From Escherichia phage A221: 64,000 nucleotides of DNA. Where the stretch lies: sequence record ON862890.1, one strand, 5' to 3'. A program made the position numbers and the translations under genes. The notes under the pieces are model-generated. The model worked only from the letters and a program-made list of their open reading frames with translations. It had not been told where the DNA came from and made no database searches. Below, one piece after another: positions 56,042 through 64,000 of this stretch. Positions within the stretch are counted from its first letter, which is position 1. Each line of letters starts with the position of its first letter.

Positions 56042-56526
56042 TTCAAAGTTCCTTGTATGCGGAGACGATTAATGTGGGCAATGATATAGTCCATAGAGTT
56101 TTGAAAACTGTATTTCCCGTTCTGAACATATGCATGGATCAGGGGTAGGCGACTGTACGCCAATCTGATCTTCAGACGTTCAGGCATTGTCTGGAGTTTC
56201 ATGCTAGTTGCAAATAGGATATCGCGCTTGAATTCTTCGGTAGACGGGTCCAGGACAATGAAGCGAGAAGCCGCCAATCCCTGTCCATATTGCTTGGCCT
56301 CATAACCGTCGAGCAGGCGCAGGTTGTCATCCCTATACTTCAGCCAATACCAGTACCCCTCCATGGAGTTAAACACACCATGTTCATGGGTAGTCATTGG
56401 ATGATGGGTAAAATGCGAGAGGAAGCGCCCGAGTTCCGTCTGGCTCCGGCTGTAGATGTTGAAGTGATTCTTGCCCTCTGTTGCAGGGGTCATCTTGTTC
56501 TGTGGAACGCTCATTAACAGCATCAT
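56038..56526 (-). CDS. hypothetical protein
   Basis: ATG in GAGAAACTACATCATG conserved context; tool start is TTG. Confidence 0.45.
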   Translation of the reverse strand: MMLLMSVPQNKMTPATEGKNHFNIYSRSQTELGRFLSHFTHHPMTTHEHGVFNSMEGYWYWLKYRDDNLRLLDGYEAKQYGQGLAASRFIVLDPSTEEFKRDILFATSMKLQTMPERLKIRLAYSRLPLIHAYVQNGKYSFQNSMDYIIAHINRLRIQGTLK

Positions 56527-56568
56527 GATGTAGTTTCTCAAATCAAAGTATTGCTGTGTGTAGTGAAA

Positions 56569-56766
56569 TTACTTCTTCATGCAGCCCATATAACTACAGG
56601 CCAAGCCGATAGCGGCGAATACGATAGCCAGGACAAATCGGGTTATCTGCATTTGTGGTATTGTGAGCAGCCCGATCACGTTTTCGATCGTCAGGAAGAA
56701 ACACACCCCAGCGACGACACCGAATTTGAACGAGTTTCGTTCTTTGTAGATCTTGAACCTGAACAT
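56569..56766 (-). CDS. small membrane protein
   Basis: RBS GGAGG; two hydrophobic helices; 65 aa. Confidence 0.4.
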   Translation of the reverse strand: MFRFKIYKERNSFKFGVVAGVCFFLTIENVIGLLTIPQMQITRFVLAIVFAAIGLACSYMGCMKK

Positions 56767-56811
56767 ATGCGCCTCCTGATTGAAGCGGGGAGTTTCCTCC
56801 CCTGTAACTAT

Positions 56812-57312
56812 CTAGCCCAGAAACACTACTAAAGTCAAATTAGTGAGGGCGCTGCGACCTTCCCGCAGCATTTCATGCGCAGATGCAAGGCGCTTGGGGT
56901 CATGCAACGTATCAGAGAACACGATGATGTTTGCTTTATCGATGTCCGTGCCCATGTAATGGGAGATGGTTGTCGTGTGCTGTTTCTTGTCTACATCGGG
57001 CAATGATACATCCGCGCCTGCTCGGGAGCGGAAGAAAGAATCGCGTTCACTAACGCTATGGAAGACACCCATGATGTTGAGGTTGTTCTCTGTCTGGAAA
57101 TCATAGGACAGAATCTTCTTCAGCGCGGCGGTGTGCCCAGTCTGGCGCAGCATGCGATAGTACAGTATGTTTCCAGGACAGGTGGGGTCCGTCACACCTC
57201 CCCTCGATTGGCGATCTTTCTGGATTTCATACGCATCCAGGATAAGTTGTTGGACCATTTCAATATGGGTAGTCAGGGAGATTTCGACTTTACGTTTGAC
57301 CATGGATTTCAT
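56812..57312 (-). CDS. hypothetical protein
   Basis: RBS GAGGA; 166 aa. Confidence 0.45.
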   Translation of the reverse strand: MKSMVKRKVEISLTTHIEMVQQLILDAYEIQKDRQSRGGVTDPTCPGNILYYRMLRQTGHTAALKKILSYDFQTENNLNIMGVFHSVSERDSFFRSRAGADVSLPDVDKKQHTTTISHYMGTDIDKANIIVFSDTLHDPKRLASAHEMLREGRSALTNLTLVVFLG

Positions 57313-57380
57313 TTGGTGTATCCTCAGTTAGGTTCCGCTCATGGGGAACGGGTCCATTATACACCAAATGCTGGAAATGA

Positions 57381-57403
57381 AAAAGAGGCCGGAGCCTCTT
57401 TTA
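57381..57403. terminator. bidirectional rho-independent terminator
   Basis: Hairpin AAGAGGC-CGGA-GCCTCTT flanked by A-run and TTTAG; core GAGGCCGGAGCCTC repeated at 59461. Confidence 0.55.
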
Positions 57404-57655
57404 GTCTTCATATTTGCCTGTCCTGAAGTTCCACTTTCGCGCATTCTTCAGGTCGAGGTCTTTGAAGATGTTTCCAAAGATCTTTTGGAAGGAGGTCTGC
57501 TCTTGTTCTTCCTCAAGATCCTTGGGCTTCTTGACAGGCTCTTTCACCATACCGCCTTCGGGTTTCCCCACATCGGCGGTCGTGGTTCCAGGGGCTGCCG
57601 AGTCTTCAAGGAAGTCCTGGAAGCCTTTCATGATTAGACCGCAGCCATTTCGCAA
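57401..57655 (-). CDS. hypothetical protein
   Basis: 84-aa ORF, Lys/Glu-rich. Confidence 0.35.
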   Translation of the reverse strand: MRNGCGLIMKGFQDFLEDSAAPGTTTADVGKPEGGMVKEPVKKPKDLEEEQEQTSFQKIFGNIFKDLDLKNARKWNFRTGKYED

Positions 57656-58443
57656 CGAGTAGAGGTCACAGAGTGGCCGTCAGCGTCTTCAACAACACAC
57701 CAGTACTCACCCTCGTTTTCGGCAGCAACTGCAGTGATAACCAGGCTCGCAGTTGCAGCAGTGGGGTTAGTGCCAGCATCGATCACCTCACCTTCACCAC
57801 CAGGGACATCAGAGAAGTACCAAGTATGTGTGTATGGGGTAGTGCCGCCTGTAGCAGCGATGGTGAAGGTTGCGGATTCACCTGTTGTTACATCCTGAGA
57901 AGCAGCCAGATCGGTAGACAGAGACAGAGCGCCAGCCACTGTGATGACGGTAGAGTCAGTGTGGTCACCTTCGATGGTAACGCCATAGACTGTTACCGAG
58001 CCGGGGGCCAGCAACTTGAATTTACCACCACCGATGTGTACAGCTTTGGTCAGATCGCCAGAGTACCAGTTGACACCCTGGTAGGTCGCGTTCTCCGGAG
58101 CGACGACCGCCTTCAGTTCAACAACCTGACCGACTTCACCATTAGCAGTTTCAGGGGTGATGGTCAGGCCAGTGGTCAGCACAGCGCTTGGGTCGTGGAT
58201 TTCATAAGACAGCTGGAAGCCAACGGGCTTGGTTGGATCCACTTTGGTGACGCCATCGGCCTGCAAATTGCTCTTGGTCAGCAGTGCATCCAGACCTTTA
58301 CACTCAGTCAGGATCTCGTCTGGGTCTTGGTTAAGACTGGTCTTTTCCCAACCACGAGCAGTACCTGTTACAGTGTGAAGACGCTCAGTTTCCGGTTTGT
58401 TGCGAACAACTTCCGGTGCTACTAATACAGTGATCGTTGGCAT
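57634..58443 (-). CDS. Ig-like domain protein (BIG_2 plus I-set-like domains; Hoc-like)
   Basis: BIG_2-like segment VAPENATYQGVNWYSGD; Ig motif GEYWCVV; ATG with strong RBS GGAGG. Confidence 0.6.
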   Translation of the reverse strand: MPTITVLVAPEVVRNKPETERLHTVTGTARGWEKTSLNQDPDEILTECKGLDALLTKSNLQADGVTKVDPTKPVGFQLSYEIHDPSAVLTTGLTITPETANGEVGQVVELKAVVAPENATYQGVNWYSGDLTKAVHIGGGKFKLLAPGSVTVYGVTIEGDHTDSTVITVAGALSLSTDLAASQDVTTGESATFTIAATGGTTPYTHTWYFSDVPGGEGEVIDAGTNPTAATASLVITAVAAENEGEYWCVVEDADGHSVTSTRCEMAAV

Positions 58444-58814
58444 GGTTTCCTCCACTCATCCAAATCGTTGTTCAGAGCCATCATCAGCTCATTATCTGGT
58501 TCGTATGAACCGGAACATAAATCATCGCGCCATACGCCTAATGTCAACAAAGCAGCCTTGAGGCGTGGCAACTGGGGCTTATCCACCTTCAAAACGAGCA
58601 TGCGGCAAGCGGCCTCTGTTTCGAACGTATTGAAGACAGTAATCAATTGATTGAGAATCAACCGAGGACTCTTACCAGGGACAAATCTCTTCAATGATTG
58701 ATTAATTAGCGAAATCCGCTGAATGTCTACCAGCAGTTCATCCCACGAGACAGAATCTACAATATAATGCCTCAGTGCATAATCCATCAAGTTGCTTTCG
58801 TCAACGATAGGCAT
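58422..58814 (-). CDS. hypothetical protein
   Basis: 130 aa; overlaps downstream gene. Confidence 0.4.
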   Translation of the reverse strand: MPIVDESNLMDYALRHYIVDSVSWDELLVDIQRISLINQSLKRFVPGKSPRLILNQLITVFNTFETEAACRMLVLKVDKPQLPRLKAALLTLGVWRDDLCSGSYEPDNELMMALNNDLDEWRKPCQRSLY

Positions 58815-58844
58815 ATTGAATAAGTTCAGCTGTTGTACACCGGC

Positions 58845-59270
58845 TTATTTAATCTGCAATTTTTCGATCAGCTTCGCAATCAGCTGAATGCGATCTTCTT
58901 CTGTGATACCCAGCGGCGCAGCCAACAACTTGAGATCGTCAACCCCCAACAGGTTCAGAGTCTCGACTGTGATGTTGGTTTCAATCACAGCCCCGGTTTC
59001 AAACGGCTTGCCGAACTTGTCGCGACCATAACGCTTGAGGGTCGCAGCCAGCCCTGGAAGCTCCTGGAGGAGTTCCTTCGTGCCGTCTTGGTATTCGCAC
59101 ACCCAACCGTACCCGCCAGCGTAGACGACGCCTCCGTCTCCCCCTGGAGGGATGTTATCGATGGCGCGTTGTAGGTAGGTAGGCAACACACCTTCCTCCT
59201 TCGCCTGGATGTCATCGACTGGGGCTTCGGTTTTAATTTCAACTTTCTTGACTTCAGGTTTCTTCGCCAT
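58845..59270 (-). CDS. hypothetical protein
   Basis: RBS GGAG; 141 aa. Confidence 0.45.
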   Translation of the reverse strand: MAKKPEVKKVEIKTEAPVDDIQAKEEGVLPTYLQRAIDNIPPGGDGGVVYAGGYGWVCEYQDGTKELLQELPGLAATLKRYGRDKFGKPFETGAVIETNITVETLNLLGVDDLKLLAAPLGITEEDRIQLIAKLIEKLQIK

Positions 59271-59458
59271 GTTTGGTTCTCCTATAGACTGTTACGTATT
59301 TACCACAGCAATTGCAGCAGTATACGTGCATCACGTATCCTTCGTCTGTGAAGTCGCAACCACCACAGCGACAGAACAATTTCACGAACTGTTGGTCATG
59401 AACTTCACGGGGAGGAAAGTTCTTGTGGGAGTATTCCCTGGTCTCGCCTTCGAACTGA

Positions 59459-59480
59459 AAAGGAGGCCGGAGCCTCCTTG
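59459..59480 (-). terminator. terminator hairpin downstream of rIIB
   Basis: Hairpin AAGGAGGC-CGGA-GCCTCCTT; same core as 57381 terminator. Confidence 0.5.
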
Positions 59481-59495
59481 GTGGATGGGGTTTGG

Positions 59496-61061
59496 TTACT
59501 TGTACAGACCTGTCACGTCAATGGACTTGTGCTGGCGGTTGTACTCAGCAGTGTAGTCATCCAACACCAGGTATTCACAGCAGCGGATCTTGCTGGAGCC
59601 ATAGTCGTTGGTAATAGACACGATGTCTTTCGGGTTCAGCTTACAGCGAACAACGCGCTGGCCAACAGAACCGAAGCACTGTTTCAGATAGGCCAGGGAG
59701 CAAACGTGCAAACCGTATGAACACAGGTCAGAGTTGTTGTCGTTCACGAATGAGCGAGCCATCCGCACGATAGTGCCTGGGGCGTTGCTGATCGTGTTGC
59801 TGTGCTTGTCCATGTAGTTGCCGCGCACCGATTTGTAGAGGATGATGTCACCATCGTCGTCAATTTCGATGTCAGAGTACGCCATGAACTCATAGATGCG
59901 CCCAGACTGAACCAGAGAAGCTGACGGGTTCTGGAACATTTTGTCCATAAACTTCGCCATGCGGTCCAGGTTGTGGAAGTCACCCTTCAGCATCAGCGCC
60001 AGTACACGCTTGGCGATGGATGTGCCTGTGATGTCATGACCGGACCAGCGGACACGGTTGTCAGACACGTCTACTAGACCAGCAGCGTACTTCGCGATGG
60101 CTTCACGAGGGCGCATCAGCGAGTATGCCAGTTTCACGTCTTTGTCTTTGATCGCCTGTACGATGCGGTCATAGGCCGGGTGTGAAGTGGTGATCGTTTC
60201 CGGCTTGCCGTCAATCGCGATAACAACGCTGTCAGGAAGAATCAGGATCTGGTGTTCGTTCAGGAACACGTCCAGGTCTTTCGCGCCGAAGTCCTGCTTG
60301 GTCTTCTTATCATCAGCCACTTCTTCAACGTCTTTGACAGCGACGGCGAATTCTACAGAAGACAGAGCCAGGCGCAGGGTGCGACCGAGGATGCCATCAA
60401 AGTAACCAACACGGCGACGGGCATCCAAGGATCCACGAATAGGATAGGTTTCCCCGTCAACCACAACGCTGATTTCAACGTTGCCCGGGACTTTGTCCAC
60501 ACCTTCTGACAGCGCCACAGAAATTTCTGCCATCTTGCCGATATCTTCAACATCGAAAGCGCGACTATCACCTTCCACAGGAGTCAATTCAGACTTTTCA
60601 AAGAAAGCCCCTTTGAAATTGCCGTCGTTAGTGAGACACAGATACTTGTTGTGGTTCGGCAGATATGCCCCAACATACCATTCTGTGCCATCTTTGTCTT
60701 TAGCCGTGCCGCCCGGTTGGACCTCGAACACTTCTTGTTCTTCCGGCTTGATAGGAGAGATCACAGTTACCTTGTTTTTCTCCTCGGTAATCCGGACCAA
60801 CAGGGCACGGGCGATCGTCTTGGCGGACACACCGTACACCTTAGCCAAGAATGCATTGCTGACATTACCTGCCGCCGAATCCCTTTGGATATTGGCGATC
60901 TGATCTGTTGTCAGGGATTTCAGCGAAGTAGGGTCAACACCGAGTTCCGTGTCGGAAACACGTTGTACAGTCGAGCGGGGTATGCCCAACAGAGTAGCAA
61001 TTGCGCTCTGGCTTTTGCCTTCCTTCAAATATTTCAGGATCTTTTCGTCAATCTTGTTCAT
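59496..61061 (-). CDS. rIIB: rIIB protein
   Basis: C-terminus LCSYGLHVCSLAYLKQCFGS...IRCCEY matches T4 rIIB CSRGLHVCSKSYIRHFGS...MRTCQY; N-terminal HTH; ATG at 61061 in GGGAACTACAAGATG context. Confidence 0.8.
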   Translation of the reverse strand: MNKIDEKILKYLKEGKSQSAIATLLGIPRSTVQRVSDTELGVDPTSLKSLTTDQIANIQRDSAAGNVSNAFLAKVYGVSAKTIARALLVRITEEKNKVTVISPIKPEEQEVFEVQPGGTAKDKDGTEWYVGAYLPNHNKYLCLTNDGNFKGAFFEKSELTPVEGDSRAFDVEDIGKMAEISVALSEGVDKVPGNVEISVVVDGETYPIRGSLDARRRVGYFDGILGRTLRLALSSVEFAVAVKDVEEVADDKKTKQDFGAKDLDVFLNEHQILILPDSVVIAIDGKPETITTSHPAYDRIVQAIKDKDVKLAYSLMRPREAIAKYAAGLVDVSDNRVRWSGHDITGTSIAKRVLALMLKGDFHNLDRMAKFMDKMFQNPSASLVQSGRIYEFMAYSDIEIDDDGDIILYKSVRGNYMDKHSNTISNAPGTIVRMARSFVNDNNSDLCSYGLHVCSLAYLKQCFGSVGQRVVRCKLNPKDIVSITNDYGSSKIRCCEYLVLDDYTAEYNRQHKSIDVTGLYK

Positions 61062-61092
61062 CTTGTAGTTCCCACGTTGGTTAACAGGACTA

Positions 61093-63849
61093 TTATGCCC
61101 TGATAATGGAATTTGAAATAACGTCCAAGTAATCCGAAGAATTTTCAATCGGGTTCAGGGCGCTTGGTTTATAATTCTCTTTCAAGAACCGGACAACACG
61201 ATGACGCTCGATGGTCATGCGGTTCGCCTTTTTCGCGTTCCGTGTTGGCGTCTTCAGTAAATCAAACGGCACGAATCCATGAATCCTCAGAACTTCCGAT
61301 GCGTGACTGAAGATTTGCAACATGCGTTGTTCTGCGCGGAACACCCTTTCATCCCGCTCATTGGTGTACAGATTCAGATTCAGAGTGCTGATCGTATCCT
61401 GGAAATGTTTGAAGCGGCGAACATCATGAAGGGAAACACTACGCTTCGACATCGCCTGATAATGGCGGATAGTTTGTTCGTCCAAGATATCGTCAACATA
61501 ATCCAGCATTTGGTTATACCGATTAACCAGCTGATTATAACGCCCGTCTTCCCCTTCACCGAACGCCTGTTTTACCAGATGACACCCGTATTTCAGGCGA
61601 TTAGAACCAAGGTGAAGTCTCTGATGAGATTTCAGCAACCGTATCGCGTTGTGGCGTTCCAGCATCGGTCTGGCATTCTCCAACATAATCTTCAGAATCT
61701 CATCAATCGGTATGAAGACCTCTGGGAACTTCTTCATCATTGGCACGGATTTACGGCGAGCCAAGAAGATTCGGTTGTGAACGTTCAACATATCGCTGAT
61801 ATACACCGGCTTGCCATCTTCATCCGCGTGAACGGCATGTTTGTAGAGAGACTCGCGAATACCCCGCGCCGCATCTGTGGTCAACGTTCTGCCCATCACC
61901 TGGTGGATACACTCATAGCCAGACACCTCAATATAGACGATGCGCTCGCCCTTGTTGATGATATCTGAGATCTGGTCGCCCGTCAGTTCTTCATGCTGGT
62001 ATATGTCGAAGTTGCTGCGCGTGAACGGAAACAGGCCAGGGTCTTTGGTGACCGGGGGCGTGACATACGACAGTTCGTTCATGAACTTGACTTCAGCAGG
62101 CTCCAACACCGCACTCAGCCAATCGACGAACTTGTCGGCGAAGCACAGATAATCAACCGTCGTTTCTTCTTTACCAATCCAAGTTTCAAAGAAATCATAG
62201 AGAGCCTGAGAATTCTTGAACGCAGGGTTGTCCTTAGATTGGTTGCGCTTGGTGACATAGGATGTGTTCGGCTTGGCCACGATGACTATCGTCCCTGTAT
62301 CTTTCAGCTGCTTGATCTTCAGGTTACGAGCACGAACACTATCTTCGATCACCACAGTAACATGCTGGCCGCGATCAATCCACTTCTGGATTTCTGAAAT
62401 GGTCAGGGTACTGGACTCGCCCCAATCATAGAAGATCTCCATAGAGAATGGCGATGACAGATCATTGAACGGCGCGGTATGGTCATAATCGCGATCAATC
62501 TCAACAGGCAGCGGGTAACGGTAATATGAATCATGAAAGCGCTTGTCTGCCGGGTATTCCTTTTCAACCATCTTGCGGAACCCACTGCCGAACATTTCAC
62601 TCAGTTTTACCTTCTCCATATACAGGGCAAGAGGACCGCGCTTACACGCCAGCTCCAGGTCACGCATCTTTTCTTTCAAGATTGCATTGGCGGTCTCTTT
62701 AAACTCCTCAGAGAGCGTCTCACGCGTGAATTCGTCATATGAAAGGTCTTCACGCGACGGTGGTACGTTCAGCGAGCCAAGTTCGAAGAACGTATAGGAC
62801 GATGGAAACTTGCTCATGATGGAAGCAGTGTCCGGGTCCAGCTGGTCCAGGTCAATCGGGTACGACACACCACCCATTACAGCGTAGTGGGTGTTCCCCT
62901 GGCCTTTCGGCTGGATGTACGTGTTGTTGACCTTGAATTCATAACTGATATCTTCCCAGCTGAAGCGGTATGAAGCGTTCTCAACAATTGGACGTTGTTC
63001 AGGGCGCATAACACGACCAAGGCGAACCAGCTCATCAGAGAATGCAGAGAAGCGAGCGTTCTTCACCGGGATCTTCACCGTCATGCCGTTGAACTCATCG
63101 GTGTCTTCCGGCTTAGGATCACGGGTTTCAAGATCTTTGGTGATCAGATCAACAGTCGGGATGCGCTTGGCATTCAGGTACATCAGGAAGCGATGGAGTT
63201 TACCGTCCATGCGGCTTTCCACAGTGAACGAATCCGATACCGCAAATGGTGATTTGGAGCCAAGACCGAATGCCCCAATCTGATCATCATCTTCTTCCTT
63301 CGTACTGTGGAAAAGAGTGGTATACAACCCAGGCGTACGAATGATTTCACCATCTTCGCGACGGAACACTAGACCACCATTATAGAACGCAGGCACGCCG
63401 ATGACCTCAGCTGAGTCAGGGATCTCGTCTTCCTTGACCACCATGTTGCCTTCCAGCAACACTTCATCTTCCTGCGCTGGGATAGGCTCGCCAATGATCT
63501 TCTCTAGTGGCAGACCGATGCCGTAATCACGGATTTCCAGCCATGGTTCAAAGTCGTCAGGCAGATGGACGATGACTGGTGTACCCTTCGGTGCCAGGAA
63601 CTTACTATGGCGCTGTGGAGGGGGAGTGAGAGGCGCGTAGTGGGATGCTACCATACGGTGCATACGATCACGCATGCCATGGGAGTCGATGGCGTTACAG
63701 ACGGTTTCGCGCAGGGCTGCAGCCTCTTTGTAACGATACAATGATGAGAACAGAGTCTCAAACATCTTATCGTTCATCTTCACGTTGAACGCCTGCCCCT
63801 GAATGGAAGACGACGAGCGGATAAAGTGCTCGGACTTGCGCATTTTCAT
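61093..63849 (-). CDS. rIIA: rIIA protein (GHKL-type ATPase domain)
   Basis: GHKL motifs ETVCNAIDS, IRDYGIGLP, GAFGLGSKS; immediately upstream of rIIB; 918 aa. Confidence 0.8.
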   Translation of the reverse strand: MKMRKSEHFIRSSSSIQGQAFNVKMNDKMFETLFSSLYRYKEAAALRETVCNAIDSHGMRDRMHRMVASHYAPLTPPPQRHSKFLAPKGTPVIVHLPDDFEPWLEIRDYGIGLPLEKIIGEPIPAQEDEVLLEGNMVVKEDEIPDSAEVIGVPAFYNGGLVFRREDGEIIRTPGLYTTLFHSTKEEDDDQIGAFGLGSKSPFAVSDSFTVESRMDGKLHRFLMYLNAKRIPTVDLITKDLETRDPKPEDTDEFNGMTVKIPVKNARFSAFSDELVRLGRVMRPEQRPIVENASYRFSWEDISYEFKVNNTYIQPKGQGNTHYAVMGGVSYPIDLDQLDPDTASIMSKFPSSYTFFELGSLNVPPSREDLSYDEFTRETLSEEFKETANAILKEKMRDLELACKRGPLALYMEKVKLSEMFGSGFRKMVEKEYPADKRFHDSYYRYPLPVEIDRDYDHTAPFNDLSSPFSMEIFYDWGESSTLTISEIQKWIDRGQHVTVVIEDSVRARNLKIKQLKDTGTIVIVAKPNTSYVTKRNQSKDNPAFKNSQALYDFFETWIGKEETTVDYLCFADKFVDWLSAVLEPAEVKFMNELSYVTPPVTKDPGLFPFTRSNFDIYQHEELTGDQISDIINKGERIVYIEVSGYECIHQVMGRTLTTDAARGIRESLYKHAVHADEDGKPVYISDMLNVHNRIFLARRKSVPMMKKFPEVFIPIDEILKIMLENARPMLERHNAIRLLKSHQRLHLGSNRLKYGCHLVKQAFGEGEDGRYNQLVNRYNQMLDYVDDILDEQTIRHYQAMSKRSVSLHDVRRFKHFQDTISTLNLNLYTNERDERVFRAEQRMLQIFSHASEVLRIHGFVPFDLLKTPTRNAKKANRMTIERHRVVRFLKENYKPSALNPIENSSDYLDVISNSIIRA

Positions 63850-63899
63850 AGTATAGAAATCCTATCAATGTCAAAGGGGAACATATTGGTTGAGTGGGT

Positions 63900-63926
63900 A
63901 TAATACGGTGGGTGTCTTCAATTGAA
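63900..63926 (-). promoter_or_regulatory. promoter candidate TTCAAT-N15-TATTAT for rIIA (minus strand)
   Basis: Hexamers on minus strand about 45 nt upstream of rIIA ATG; same site reads GGGTATAAT on plus strand. Confidence 0.25.
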
Positions 63927-63950
63927 AAAGCCCTCGGCTGAGGGCTTTGT
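63927..63950 (-). terminator. terminator hairpin upstream of rIIA
   Basis: AAGCCCTC-GGCT-GAGGGCTT followed on minus strand by TTTTCAAT. Confidence 0.4.
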
Positions 63951-64000
63951 TCAGATCAATCTTCGGTGGCGAATCGCGCCTGGAAGTCGAATGTTGGGCG

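Noticed and set aside
57673-58425. 250-aa ORF on plus strand
   Set aside because: Antisense to the Ig-like gene, which has clear domain motifs and a strong RBS
1-64000. CRISPR array or other tandem repeat array
   Set aside because: No series of regularly spaced direct repeats was seen anywhere; the only repeats are short motifs and terminator hairpins

Overview
This window reads as a contiguous segment of a large T4-like (Tevenvirinae/Ackermannviridae-like) myovirus genome with E. coli-like codon usage and roughly 50% GC. All calls rest on motif and architecture recognition by eye; no database search or alignment was run. Confidently recognised genes include nrdA, nrdB, a glutaredoxin, phoH, gp32 SSB, UvsX, gp41 helicase, gp61 primase, DNA ligase, topoisomerase II (gp39 and gp52), rIIA, rIIB, dexA, dCMP deaminase, a gp5-like central spike, gp25, a tape-measure protein and an endolysin. 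The most interesting feature is a four-gene, translationally coupled nucleotide-modification operon (26958-29780): a polynucleotide-kinase-like P-loop kinase, an oversized thymidylate-synthase-family pyrimidine hydroxymethylase, a gp1-like dNMP kinase and a gp56-like dNTP pyrophosphatase, suggesting a hypermodified pyrimidine in virion DNA. Other notable items are a minus-strand early accessory island (45392-51366) holding a macro-domain protein, dexA and a metallophosphoesterase interrupted by a single in-frame TAG; a frameshifted HNH homing endonuclease beside the topoisomerase gene with an intact paralog elsewhere; a recurring translation-initiation motif GGAACTAYATCATGA; TATAAT boxes embedded in hairpins; and a perfect 20-bp AT palindrome. 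No tRNA, rRNA or CRISPR array was found. Many tool ORF starts are TTG/GTG, so several CDS starts were moved to the nearest ATG with a Shine-Dalgarno sequence.
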